64,000 nt of DNA from an uncultured Armatimonadetes bacterium (GTDB lineage: Bacteria; Armatimonadota; UBA5829; DTJY01), in the NCBI GenBank assembly GCA_963717145.1, contig OY970325.1, positions 1,184,001 through 1,248,000 on the forward strand, written 5' to 3'. Made by a program: the position numbers and the translations under genes. Within the stretch, counting starts at the first letter, position 1, and the number at the start of each line of letters is the position of its first letter. The notes under the pieces were generated by a model. That model saw only the letters and a list, made by a program, of their open reading frames with translations. It was not told where the DNA came from and ran no database searches. This document shows positions 49,427-59,349 of this stretch, piece by piece.

Positions 49427-49507
49427 CCCGGAACCATGAGGCCGGGAACACCGTAGTACCAAGCGGGAGTCTACTCTATGTGAGTGGTCTGAGCGCACAC
49501 GGCCCCG

Positions 49508-49590
49508 GAGCATGTCCTTGACATGCTCGGGGGCCGCGAGAGCGGCGGGAGGGCATGTCCTTGACATGCTCGGGGGCGACTTCGTATACT
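49508..49590 (+). promoter_or_regulatory. promoter TTGACA-18-TATACT with two palindromic operator-like sites
   Basis: GAGCATGTC-CTT-GACATGCTC at 49508 and a 1-mismatch copy at 49551; the second contains the -35 (49561..49566). Confidence 0.65.
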
Positions 49591-49628
49591 TAGGCGTCGC
49601 AGCGGAAGCTGCTTTTTTTGCGCCTGTC

Positions 49629-49807
49629 CCGTAGGGGAGGCCTTCAACGGCCTCCTTCGCGGGCGACCGTTGAAGGTCGCCCCTACGGCTTGCGGACAAG
49701 GGCGACCGTTTGAGGTCGCCCCTACGGGCTACTGGAGGCGGGCGACCGTTGAAGGTCGCCCCTACGGCTTACCGGAGACGGACGGCCATTCAGGGCCGCC
49801 CATACAG
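49629..49807. repeat. GTAG-type REP cluster (GGGCGACCGTTGAAGGTCGCCCCTAC), one inverted plus four tandem units
   Basis: Units at 49661, 49700, 49740, 49780 with 11-12 bp linkers. Confidence 0.9.
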
Positions 49808-49835
49808 CTTGTGAGCAACTCGGAGGTACCCACGC

Positions 49836-50765
49836 ATGGGAACTGCAATCCAGATAGACGGTCTCACCAAGACCTTTCGCTTGCTGATGCAGAAGACACC
49901 CGTAAAGGCGGTCGATGACCTGAACCTCGAGGTCCATCAGGGTGAGATCTTCGGCTTCCTCGGGCCCAACGGAGCGGGCAAGACTACCACGATCAAGATG
50001 CTCCTGGGCATCATCTTCCCCACATCCGGTTCCGCCCACATCCTGGGAAAGCCGGCGGGCGACATCGAGACCAAGAAGCACATCAGCTACCTGCCCGAAA
50101 GCCCTTATTTCTACGAACATATGTCGGGCCAGGAGCTTCTCGATTTCTACGGGCGCATCTTCGGCCTCTCTCATTCGGTAAGGCAGCAGAAGATCGAGGA
50201 TCTGCTCAGGACCGTCGGGCTGTACGCAGACAAAACCAAGCCGTTGAGCCAGTACTCGAAGGGGATGCTGCAGAGGATCGGCATCGCTCAGGCGCTGATC
50301 AACGATCCCCAGGTTCTGATATTCGATGAGCCGACTTCAGGCCTCGATCCGATCGCTCACATGGACATCCGCGATCTGATCCTCGATCTGAAGGCTCAGG
50401 GGAAGACCGTATTCCTCAGTTCACACCAGCTATCCGATGTCGAGATGGTCTGCGACCGAGTATCGATCCTGAACCGAGGCAAGCTGCTGAAAGTTGGCAG
50501 TCTGTGCGACCTGCTCGCAGGCGGTAAGGTTGAGATCACAGCTACGGGACTCGATGACTCGGCGGTAAAGAGGCTGGAGTCATGCTGTGCGGCCCTGGAA
50601 TACCGAAACGACTGCATTGTCATCCTGCAGCCGGAGGGGCCGACGGTCAATGAGACGATCGACGCCATCAGGTCGGCAGGCGGACACATAATATCAGTTG
50701 TCCCTCTGAAGAGAACGCTGGAGGACCTTTTCGTCGAAGTCATCCGGGAGGGCAACAAGCAGTGA
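49836..50765 (+). CDS. ABC transporter ATP-binding protein
   Basis: GPNGAGKTT, YSKGMLQR, LIFDEP, SSH. Confidence 0.95.
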   Translation: MGTAIQIDGLTKTFRLLMQKTPVKAVDDLNLEVHQGEIFGFLGPNGAGKTTTIKMLLGIIFPTSGSAHILGKPAGDIETKKHISYLPESPYFYEHMSGQELLDFYGRIFGLSHSVRQQKIEDLLRTVGLYADKTKPLSQYSKGMLQRIGIAQALINDPQVLIFDEPTSGLDPIAHMDIRDLILDLKAQGKTVFLSSHQLSDVEMVCDRVSILNRGKLLKVGSLCDLLAGGKVEITATGLDDSAVKRLESCCAALEYRNDCIVILQPEGPTVNETIDAIRSAGGHIISVVPLKRTLEDLFVEVIREGNKQ

Positions 50766-51538
50766 ACATACTCGTTATCGCTAAGACCACATTCAACGAA
50801 GCTCTGAGGAAGAAGATCATCAACGTCTTCCTGCTGGTTGCGCTGGCGCTCATCGTCTTCTCCGTATCATTCACGTACTTCAGCGCGAGGCAGGAGATGA
50901 CCATCATCAAGAGCCTCGGACTCGGGATCATCGCCATCGCAGGGATGTTCATCAGTGTCGTACTCGGCATAAACCTGATTCCCGCCGAGATCGAGAAGCG
51001 AACGATCTACACGATCCTCGCGAAACCAGTCAAGCGTCATGAGTTCCTGCTCGGGAAATTCCTTGGCGGGACTCTCACGATGCTGCTGAATCTCGTGCTG
51101 ATGACGTTCGTGTTCATGCTCACAGTCGCCTACAAGAGCAACTGGGTACCGGACTGGGCGCTCCTCAAGGGCAGTCTCATGATCTTCTTTCAGTTGTTCC
51201 TGCTCGGCTCGGTGGCGGTCTTCTTCTCGATCTTCACGACACCGGCTGTCAACTTCTTCATGACATCGGCAGTGTATATCATCGGCAGCCTGTCGGATGT
51301 CACACAGGCCATGATGAGGAGTCAGAATGCCAATCCCATAGCAAAAGGCTTCTACTGGCTGATGCACTACCTCGTGCCGAATTTCGCCAACTTCTTCACG
51401 CAGAACCCGCTGATCAACCCGGGAGTGGTGATCAAGAACGAGGCGGTCTACTATGCCGAGAACATCCTCTACGCGCTGATCTACGTGTCGGTCCTGATGA
51501 TCATCGCGATTCTGGTGTTCGACAAGCGGGAAGTATGA
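50762..51538 (+). CDS. ABC-2 type transporter permease
   Basis: EIEKRTIYTILAKPV.R.EFLLGKFLG; about 6 TM helices. Confidence 0.9.
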   Translation: MNILVIAKTTFNEALRKKIINVFLLVALALIVFSVSFTYFSARQEMTIIKSLGLGIIAIAGMFISVVLGINLIPAEIEKRTIYTILAKPVKRHEFLLGKFLGGTLTMLLNLVLMTFVFMLTVAYKSNWVPDWALLKGSLMIFFQLFLLGSVAVFFSIFTTPAVNFFMTSAVYIIGSLSDVTQAMMRSQNANPIAKGFYWLMHYLVPNFANFFTQNPLINPGVVIKNEAVYYAENILYALIYVSVLMIIAILVFDKREV

Positions 51539-51548
51539 GGTAACCGAG

Positions 51549-52763
51549 ATGAAGCAAAGCTCCAGGATACTGCTGCTCCTCGTCGTCATAGCCCTGCTTC
51601 CCGCGGTTGTGAAGCTGCAGTCCATCATCGATCCGCAACGGAAGCAGTTTCTCCCTGACCGGGAGATAGTTTCGTCAGTGGTCGTTGAAGTGGGGAACAA
51701 CCCGGTTGTGCTGCCCAGCCAGTTCGTGGCAGGGGCCGTCATCGGGTTCCGGGAAGTGATCGCCGGCCTGCTCTGGGTTCGGGCCAACGACTTCTTCCAC
51801 TCAGGCAACTACGAGGCAATCGTCCCTCTCACCCGCATGGCGACCTGGCTGGATCCGCATCAGATCGACGTGTACTCGGTTGGCGCATGGCATCTGGCCT
51901 ACAACTTCATCGATTCTCAGAACCGGGCGGACCGCCGTTACCTGCTCCCCGCGATCAAGTTCCTCGAGGAAGGCATCGAGAACAACCCAAACCTCTGGGA
52001 CCTCTATTTCGAGGAAGGCTTCACAATGTACTATTGGAAGAAGCAGGACTACGTCCAGGCGACCCACTGGATGAATGAGGCCGCGGAGAGGAAGCCGCCA
52101 TACTACGTCCACACGCAGGTTGCCCACGCATATGAGAGAACCGGCGATATAGACAAGGCGATCGAGCAGTGGAAGAGAGTTATCGCGATCACGGATGCGG
52201 CTCTGAAGAGGAACCCGAATGACAGGAACGCGTGGCAGATCAGAGAGGTGGGGAGACGCAACCACGACCTTACCGTCATACGCAAGGTGCTGCGAGCCAA
52301 GGGGGCCGAGCATCCGGTGGATGTAGGCTTCGATGCCACGTTCCAGCGACTGGCCCCGCGTGTCTTCCGAATATCAGGACACATGAACATCACGGACGGA
52401 GCCCGAGTGGAGATGTCCCTGGTCGATGCTGACTACAAAGAGCCGACCCTGACCAAGTTCTCGTGGGAGGTAGACCCCAGGACAACCATCATCTACGACG
52501 GAGGGGTCAACGGAATCTCGGTCGAGAACGGCAGGTTCGACAGGATCTATGATGTCAGCAGAGACCTGAAGATGCACCCTCTGGCAAAGGAAGACTACAT
52601 CCTGACGATCTCATTCAATGCGAGGAACTCCACTCAGGACATCAAGGACATGACGGGATGGAGCGGCGAAGGCATCACCGACAAGAGATACCTCGACACC
52701 TCCACGCCGGGCCTTCGGGTGATCAAGAAAGTCATCAAGTTGAAGCGAGCGGACATCATCTGA
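51549..52763 (+). CDS. membrane-anchored TPR-containing protein
   Basis: N-terminal anchor; AWHLAYN, FLEEGIENNP, AHAYERTGDIDKAIEQW. Confidence 0.75.
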   Translation: MKQSSRILLLLVVIALLPAVVKLQSIIDPQRKQFLPDREIVSSVVVEVGNNPVVLPSQFVAGAVIGFREVIAGLLWVRANDFFHSGNYEAIVPLTRMATWLDPHQIDVYSVGAWHLAYNFIDSQNRADRRYLLPAIKFLEEGIENNPNLWDLYFEEGFTMYYWKKQDYVQATHWMNEAAERKPPYYVHTQVAHAYERTGDIDKAIEQWKRVIAITDAALKRNPNDRNAWQIREVGRRNHDLTVIRKVLRAKGAEHPVDVGFDATFQRLAPRVFRISGHMNITDGARVEMSLVDADYKEPTLTKFSWEVDPRTTIIYDGGVNGISVENGRFDRIYDVSRDLKMHPLAKEDYILTISFNARNSTQDIKDMTGWSGEGITDKRYLDTSTPGLRVIKKVIKLKRADII

Positions 52764-52813
52764 CTCGCTGGTAATATTCCCCGCCACCTGGTATAATATC
52801 GTGTTGATTTGAG

Positions 52814-52886
52814 CGCTGGGGTCAGGAGTACAACGCCTGACCAACACAAAGTCGTTGGGTCAGGAGTTGTACTCCTGACCCCAGCG
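52814..52886. repeat. REP-like palindrome (GGAGTTGTACTCC family)
   Basis: Inverted arms lying between a TGGTATAAT promoter element (52789..52797) and the SRP RNA. Confidence 0.85.
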
Positions 52887-52897
52887 TTGCGAAGGTT

Positions 52898-53169
<272 letters not shown>

Positions 53170-53263
53170 TTGTTTGGAAGATCTGCAGTACCCGGAGCAG
53201 TCCGGGTACTGCATTTTAGTGTAGTGGCCGCGCCTCAGTGCCGGCCCGCACAGGGTTGATCTC

Positions 53264-54889
53264 ATGTCGCACATTGCGCTTTACCGAAAATACCGATCGC
53301 AGACCTTCCAGGACGTCATCGGCCAGGACCACATCACCCGGACGCTTCAGAACGCCATCCGTCAGGAGAAGATCAGTCACGCCTACCTGTTCTGCGGCAC
53401 ACGAGGAACCGGCAAGACCACAACCGCCCGACTCCTCGCCAAGGCGCTCTGCTGCGAGAAGGGGCCAACACCTGAGCCGTGCAACGAGTGCGACGCGTGC
53501 CTCAGCATTACCGGTGGGAGCGCGGTAGACATCGTCGAGTTGGACGCGGCGTCGCACCGAGGAATCGATGACATCAGGGACATCAGGGAAAACGTCAAGT
53601 TTCCACCGATGGCACTCCGCTACAAGGTGTTCATCATCGACGAGGCCCACCAGCTCACGAGGGAAGGCAAGGACGCGTTCCTGAAAACCCTGGAGGAGCC
53701 GCCGGCTCATGCGATCTTCATCCTCGCGACCACTGAGCCGCACAACATCCCGATCACCATTCGCTCGAGGTGTCAGCAGTTCGACTTCCGGCGCGGCTCG
53801 CTCGCGGATATTCGATCGAGAATGAAGTACGTCTGCGAAAATGAGGGGATCGAGGCGGATGACGCGGCGCTCGATATTATTGCAATGGACGCGGACGGCT
53901 CGTACCGGGATTCGCTGAGTCTTCTGGAGCAGGTGCTCTCATACACAGAGGGGCGGTTGACTCCGGAAGATGTGTACGCGGTACTCGGGACGGTCACCCA
54001 GGACTTCCTCTTCCGCATGGCCGATATGATCTCTTCAGGCGACGAGGCGGGCGCATTCGAAGCGGCCCGGGAGGCGGCTGAGTCCGGCAAAGATCTCCGC
54101 CAGCTCATGCGCTCGATGGCGGATCATTTTCGCAACCTGCTCTTCGCGACCGTCACGACTGACAAGGACTCCCGCGCATTCTCCGGCGATGTCTTCTCCC
54201 GCCTCAGGGAACAGGCCGACGGATTCAAAAAGGCGAGGCTTCTCCGGATCATCGAGACCTTCTCCGAGATGGAGCAGAACACTCGATTCGCCGAGCGACA
54301 TAAACTGCTGCTCGAGATGGCGCTGCTGAAGGCAATCGAAACGGCTCAGGGAGTCGCACCTGCGCCGACGGCGGCGGAACCCGCTGAGACCACCGCATCG
54401 CCGGTGAAGCCCCCTCCCCCGCCCAGGCAGCCGGTCCGACCGAAACCCGCGGCCGACGTTCCGGCTCCTGAATCGGCTCTGCCGGCGCCCGTGTCAGGCG
54501 AGCAGAAGCTCCCGGAATTTGGTACAATAGTTCAGAAGTGGAACGTGGTCCTGCAGACCATAAAGAGCATCTACGTACCCGCCCACGCACTGCTCTCCAA
54601 TGCGGTTCCCGGGGCTATCAGGGATGGCGCGATCGTCATCCACTTTGAGCACCCGGCCCACGCCACGATGCTGGACAACGAGCCCAGCAAAGCCAAGAAG
54701 AAGGCCCTGCAGACCGCTATCGAACGCGTCTTCGGCGTCGCGAACGTCGGCATAGTCTGCGAGGTCGTCAAGAAAGCGCCCGCGGAACCCGAGCTTGCGC
54801 TCGAGACCCCGGAGGTGGCGACCCCGGAGCAGGATACGGCGCTTCAGGACGTGCTGGACATTTTTAACGGTCAGATAGTGGACGATTAG
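53264..54889 (+). CDS. dnaX: DNA polymerase III subunit gamma/tau
   Basis: LYRKYR, GTRGTGKTT, IIDEAH, LKTLEEPP, TIRSRC. Confidence 0.97.
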   Translation: MSHIALYRKYRSQTFQDVIGQDHITRTLQNAIRQEKISHAYLFCGTRGTGKTTTARLLAKALCCEKGPTPEPCNECDACLSITGGSAVDIVELDAASHRGIDDIRDIRENVKFPPMALRYKVFIIDEAHQLTREGKDAFLKTLEEPPAHAIFILATTEPHNIPITIRSRCQQFDFRRGSLADIRSRMKYVCENEGIEADDAALDIIAMDADGSYRDSLSLLEQVLSYTEGRLTPEDVYAVLGTVTQDFLFRMADMISSGDEAGAFEAAREAAESGKDLRQLMRSMADHFRNLLFATVTTDKDSRAFSGDVFSRLREQADGFKKARLLRIIETFSEMEQNTRFAERHKLLLEMALLKAIETAQGVAPAPTAAEPAETTASPVKPPPPPRQPVRPKPAADVPAPESALPAPVSGEQKLPEFGTIVQKWNVVLQTIKSIYVPAHALLSNAVPGAIRDGAIVIHFEHPAHATMLDNEPSKAKKKALQTAIERVFGVANVGIVCEVVKKAPAEPELALETPEVATPEQDTALQDVLDIFNGQIVDD

Positions 54890-54908
54890 CGAACCGACGG
54901 AGGATAAC

Positions 54909-55244
54909 ATGGCAAATCCATTCGGCAATCTCGGCAACCTCGGCGGCCTCATGAAGCAGGTCAAGAAGATGCAGGAAGACATGCAGAAAGCTCAGGCAGA
55001 ACTCGAGGAAGCTCGCGTCGAGGCCACATCGGGCGGCGGCATGGTCAAGGCAGTCGTGACCGGCAAAGGGGAACTGGTGGAGATCAAGATCGATCCCCAA
55101 GCAGTTGACCCGGACGACGTGGAGATGCTGCAAGACCTGATCATGAGCGCCGTCCATGAAGCGCAGGAGAATGCGGCAAAGTTCCAAGCCGACACCATGC
55201 AGGACATCACCGGAGGCATGGGCCTTCCGCCGGGGATGATGTAG
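54909..55244 (+). CDS. ybaB: YbaB/EbfC nucleoid-associated protein
   Basis: SGGGMVK, DPDDVEMLQDLI; between dnaX and recR. Confidence 0.95.
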   Translation: MANPFGNLGNLGGLMKQVKKMQEDMQKAQAELEEARVEATSGGGMVKAVVTGKGELVEIKIDPQAVDPDDVEMLQDLIMSAVHEAQENAAKFQADTMQDITGGMGLPPGMM

Positions 55245-55280
55245 GGAGTTGTCATTTTTCGCTTCGCTCCTGGGAAGATG

Positions 55281-55389
55281 CCCACCGTCAGTCCTGAGTG
55301 CGCCTCTGGGCGTGTAACGAAGGACAGCCCTGCTGCACCGAGCCGTCCTTCGTTACACGCCCAGAGGCGCACTCAGGACTGACGGTGGG
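55281..55389. repeat. REP-like palindrome (GTCCTGAG...CGAAGGAC family)
   Basis: 45-bp perfect inverted arms between ybaB and recR. Confidence 0.9.
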
Positions 55390-55411
55390 GTCCAACCTGA
55401 TAGAGGAAAGA

Positions 55412-56008
55412 ATGCATTACGCAAAGCCGCTCGCGAGACTTGTGGGAGCACTGGAGAAGTTGCCGGGGATCGGACCGAAGTCCGCGCAGCGCGTGGCTTT
55501 CCACATCCTGCGCGCCTCCGCCGAGGATGCCCGCGAGCTTGCCGAAGCGATCAGCGAGGTCAAGGACAAGATAGTCCAGTGCAAGGTCTGCTTCAACCTG
55601 ACGGACCAGGAGACGTGCGATCTTTGCGCGAGCGATAAGCGGGACAAGTGCACCATCTGCGTCGTTGCCGAGCCGCGCGACGTGATCGCGATGGAGAAGA
55701 CGAACGAGTATCGAGGCGCTTACCACGTGCTCCAGGGAGTCATCTCCCCAATGGACGGAGTCACGCCCGAGATGCTCCGCATCCGCGAACTGCAGCAGCG
55801 AGTGGTGGACGATTCCGTCAGGGAGATCATCCTCGCGACCAATCCGACGATCGAGGGCGATACCACCGCCATGTACCTTGCAGGTATTCTGAAGCCTTTG
55901 GGCGTAAAGGTAACAAGGATCGCACACGGAATGCCTGTGGGCGGAGACCTCGATTACGCAGACCAGGCAACGCTTATCAAGGCGCTCGAGTGGCGCCGTG
56001 AAATGTAG
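55412..56008 (+). CDS. recR: recombination protein RecR
   Basis: [12 protein letters not shown]4 zinc finger, [24 protein letters not shown] before ATG 55412. Confidence 0.97.
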   Translation: MHYAKPLARLVGALEKLPGIGPKSAQRVAFHILRASAEDARELAEAISEVKDKIVQCKVCFNLTDQETCDLCASDKRDKCTICVVAEPRDVIAMEKTNEYRGAYHVLQGVISPMDGVTPEMLRIRELQQRVVDDSVREIILATNPTIEGDTTAMYLAGILKPLGVKVTRIAHGMPVGGDLDYADQATLIKALEWRREM

Positions 56009-56010
56009 CT

Positions 56011-56094
56011 CTCGACATTCCGTAGGGGCGATCCTTCAACGGTCGCCCGGTTCGTTGGGCGACCGTTGAAGGATCGCCCCTACGGAATGTCGAG
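56011..56094. repeat. GTAG-type REP doublet
   Basis: 38-bp perfect inverted arms; same family as 49629 and 60261. Confidence 0.9.
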
Positions 56095-56121
56095 GGGTTG
56101 AACAAGAGAGGAGTCGTGAAT

Positions 56122-56703
56122 ATGCCAAATATGATGGAGATCCGCTGGCACGGACGCGGCGGACAGGGAGCGAAGACCGCCGCCCTGCTCGTCGGAGATG
56201 CCGTGCTCTCACAGGGGAAGCACATGCAGGCTTTCCCGGAATACGGACCGGAGAGAATGGGCGCACCCGTTCAGTCGTATAACCGGATCAGCGATGCGCC
56301 GATCACGCTTCACTGCCACGTGACCAATCCGTCGGTGGTGGTCGTGCTCGACCCAACGCTGATAGGTGCGACCGACGTGACGGCGGGCCTGCCGGATGAT
56401 GGAGTCATTATTATCAATACTGACCAGCCCGCGTCCTTCTTTCGCGACAAGCTGGGCCTCAAGAACGCCCAGAAGCTGTACACTGTTGACGCATCCAAGA
56501 TCGCCCGGGAAACCATCGGGCGCGATATCCCCAATACACCCATGCTGGGGGCGCTCGTTCGGGTCACCGGAATGCTGGACTTCGACGCGATGCTGGAGGA
56601 TACCAAGCACAAGTTGGAGAAGAAGTTCCGATCGAAACCCGGAGTCGTTGAAGGCAACGTCAAAGCCATCCAGAGGGCTTCCGAGGAGGTAAACTCAGAT
56701 TGA
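56122..56703 (+). CDS. porC: pyruvate/2-oxoacid:ferredoxin oxidoreductase gamma subunit
   Basis: EIRWHGRGGQGAKT, FPEYGPERMGAPV, PNTPMLGA. Confidence 0.92.
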   Translation: MPNMMEIRWHGRGGQGAKTAALLVGDAVLSQGKHMQAFPEYGPERMGAPVQSYNRISDAPITLHCHVTNPSVVVVLDPTLIGATDVTAGLPDDGVIIINTDQPASFFRDKLGLKNAQKLYTVDASKIARETIGRDIPNTPMLGALVRVTGMLDFDAMLEDTKHKLEKKFRSKPGVVEGNVKAIQRASEEVNSD

Positions 56704-57911
56704 GTACTCAGAACGTTAGAGAGAGAATAGCTCTGACCGGTAACGAGGCCGCGTCACTTGCTATGAAGCAGATCAATCCCGACGTCTGCGCGGCATACCC
56801 AATCACGCCTGCGACCGAGATCATGCAGATCTTCGCGCAGTACGTGGCAGACGGTCTGGTCGATACGGAACTCGTAACAGTCGAGAGCGAACACAGTGCC
56901 ATGAGCGCCACGATCGGCGCGGCGGCGGCGGGCGCTCGCTCCATGACGGCAACATCATCCCAGGGCCTGGCTCTGATGTGGGAGATGCTCTACATCGCAT
57001 CGGGTCTTCGGCTGCCGATCGTCATGCCGATGGTCAACCGCGCGCTCAGCGCCCCGATCAACATCCACTGCGATCACAGCGACTCGATGGGCGCTCGTGA
57101 CGCCGGCTGGATTCATATCTTCTGCGAGAATGGGCAGGAAGCATACGACAGCACCATCCAGGCGATGCGCATTTCCGAGCACCCGGACGTCCTGCTACCC
57201 TCCATGGTGAACTTCGATGGCTTCATCATCAGCCATGCCATGGAGCCGGTCGATACCCTGGACGATACGGATGTCGCCAGGTTCATCGGTCCGTACAAGG
57301 CGCCCTACCAGCTTCTCGACGTGGACCACCCCATCACAGTCGGGGCGATCGACCTGACCGACTACTACTTCGAGCACAAGCGGTCCCAGGTTGAGCCGAC
57401 GTTCGGGGCATGGAAGATCATCGAGCAGGTAGGCGAGGAGTTCGGCCGGAAGTTCGGGCGCAAGTACGGCCTCTTCGAGGAGTACATGCTCGATGACGCG
57501 GAGATTGCGATTGTCGTCCTCGGTTCGACGGCCGGTACGGCAAAGGTCGTCATCGATCAACTCAGAGCGAAAGGCGTCAAGGCCGGCATGCTCAAGACTG
57601 CGCATCTTCCGCCCGTTCCCGCATAAGCAGATCGCAGAGGCACTGAGCGGCATGAAGGCAGTCGCGGTACTCGACCGCTCGAGGGCATGGCGAGCATGGG
57701 CGGCCCGGTCTTCGCGGAGATCCGCTCGGCCCTGTACGACTACGAGAAGCGTCCGATCACCGTGAACTACGTCTACGGACTGGGCGGGCGGGACATCACC
57801 CTGGCACACATCGGCAGCGTCTACAGTGACCTGCAGAGGCTGGCCGCGGAGGGAAAGCCCTGTGTCGATTCGATCAGCGACCTGGTCACGTACCTGGGCG
57901 TGAGGGAGTAA
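56700..57911 (+). CDS. porA: pyruvate:ferredoxin oxidoreductase alpha subunit (frameshifts near 57600 and 57685)
   Basis: AYPITP, VESEHSAMS, TATSSQGL, NRALSAP; RPFP and YGLGGRD in shifted frames. Confidence 0.9.
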
Positions 57912-57925
57912 CGGAGGATAATCGT

Positions 57926-58853
57926 ATGGCAACTCTGAAGGAACTAGCGAAAAAGGGAGAATTCCTGTCCGGCGGACATCGAGCCTGCGCGGGATGCACT
58001 TTCCCTCGATAATCAGGCAGGCGCTGTCGGCGGCGGAGACCCCTGTCGTCGTCGGCGCGGCCACGGGCTGCCTGGAAGTGACGACGACGATCTTCCCCTA
58101 CACCGCGTGGAAGGTCCCGTTCATCCACAGCGCGTTCGAGAACGCCGCTGCCACCATGAGCGGCGTCGAGGCGGCCTACCGCTCGCTGAAGAGACAGGGC
58201 AAGTATGACAAAGATGTCCGCTTCATCGCATTCGGCGGCGACGGCGGCACCTACGACATCGGCCTCCAGTCGCTCTCGGGGGCGATGGAGCGCGGGCACC
58301 ACATGTTCTACATCTGCTACAACAACGAAGCGTACATGAACACCGGCATCCAGCGATCGAGCGCGACTCCGCATCGGCGCACACACGACCACTTCGCCGA
58401 CCGGGGCGGCTTCGAGCCGGCAAGAAGCAGTTCCGCAAGGATCTGACCGCAATCCTGATCGCGCACAACGTTCCCTACGTGGCACAGGCGTCCCCAAGCC
58501 ACTGGAACGACCTCGTCACCAAGGTGCAGAAGGCGCTGGCGGTCGACGGCCCGAGCTTCATCAACGTTCTGATGCCTTGCCGGCTCGGTTGGGCATTCGA
58601 TCCAAAGAACAGCATGGAGATCGCGCGAGATGCCGTGAACACCTGCTACTGGCCGCTCTATGAGGTCGTGGACGGCAACTACCGAATAACGTACACGCCG
58701 AAGGAGAAGCTCCCGGCTGTGGACTTCATGAAGCAGTTGACGAAGTTCCGCCATCTGTTCCAGCCCGGCAACGAAGCGATCGTCGAGAGTCTGCAGGGCG
58801 AGATCGACCGCCGCTGGGAAAGGCTCCAGAAGTTCGCGGCGATGGAGTTTTAG
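57926..58853 (+). CDS. porB: pyruvate:ferredoxin oxidoreductase beta subunit (frameshifts near 58000 and 58370-58420)
   Basis: [45 protein letters not shown]. Confidence 0.9.
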
Positions 58854-58875
58854 TCTGAGATAAGGTGAGGGCGAC

Positions 58876-59070
58876 ATGCCAAAGTCAAGTGACGTGCAGT
58901 TCATAGTTGATCGGCGTGGCAGGAAGAGATCCGTCGTCATGAGTTACGGGACGTACAGACGCTTGATGGAGGATATTGCCGATCTCCAGTCGATTGAAGA
59001 CCGGAAACATGAGAAGCCGGAGAGCCTCGAATCGGTGATAGCAGAGCTTAAGGATGCCGGACGAATATAG
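58876..59070 (+). CDS. putative antitoxin
   Basis: Paralog of 9451..9642 (LMEDIADL...DAGRI). Confidence 0.8.
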   Translation: MPKSSDVQFIVDRRGRKRSVVMSYGTYRRLMEDIADLQSIEDRKHEKPESLESVIAELKDAGRI

Positions 59071-59317
59071 TGTCGAGATAGTGCCTTCCGCCCGCAAGGA
59101 ACTGGAATCAGTCCATGACCCTGTGTTGAGGAGAATTGTCGACGCTTTGGTCGATCTGTCTCGTAATCCGAGATCGGCCGCCTGCAGGAAGCTGGTAGGC
59201 AGCCAGTCGCGCTATCGTTGCCGTGCCGGTGACTTCAGGATCGTATATGAAATAGTCGAAGCATCCAAGGTGGTGCGAGTGTTTCGAATCCGCCACCGAA
59301 AAGACGCGTACAAATGA
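59054..59317 (+). CDS. RelE/ParE family type II toxin
   Basis: PSARKEL, RKLVG, YRCRAGDFRIVYEI, IRHRKDAY. Confidence 0.9.
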   Translation: MPDEYSVEIVPSARKELESVHDPVLRRIVDALVDLSRNPRSAACRKLVGSQSRYRCRAGDFRIVYEIVEASKVVRVFRIRHRKDAYK

Positions 59318-59349
59318 TCCGGATGCTTCGAGAATGAGGTGATTCAGGT

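Noticed and set aside
49629-49807. CRISPR-like array of four ~28-bp repeats
   Set aside because: Linkers are only 11-12 bp, the unit is the GTAG REP seen as doublets at 56011 and 60261, and there are no cas genes in the window
57590-58440. porA/porB pseudogenes
   Set aside because: Clustered single-base indels with conserved residues on both sides; likely assembly errors
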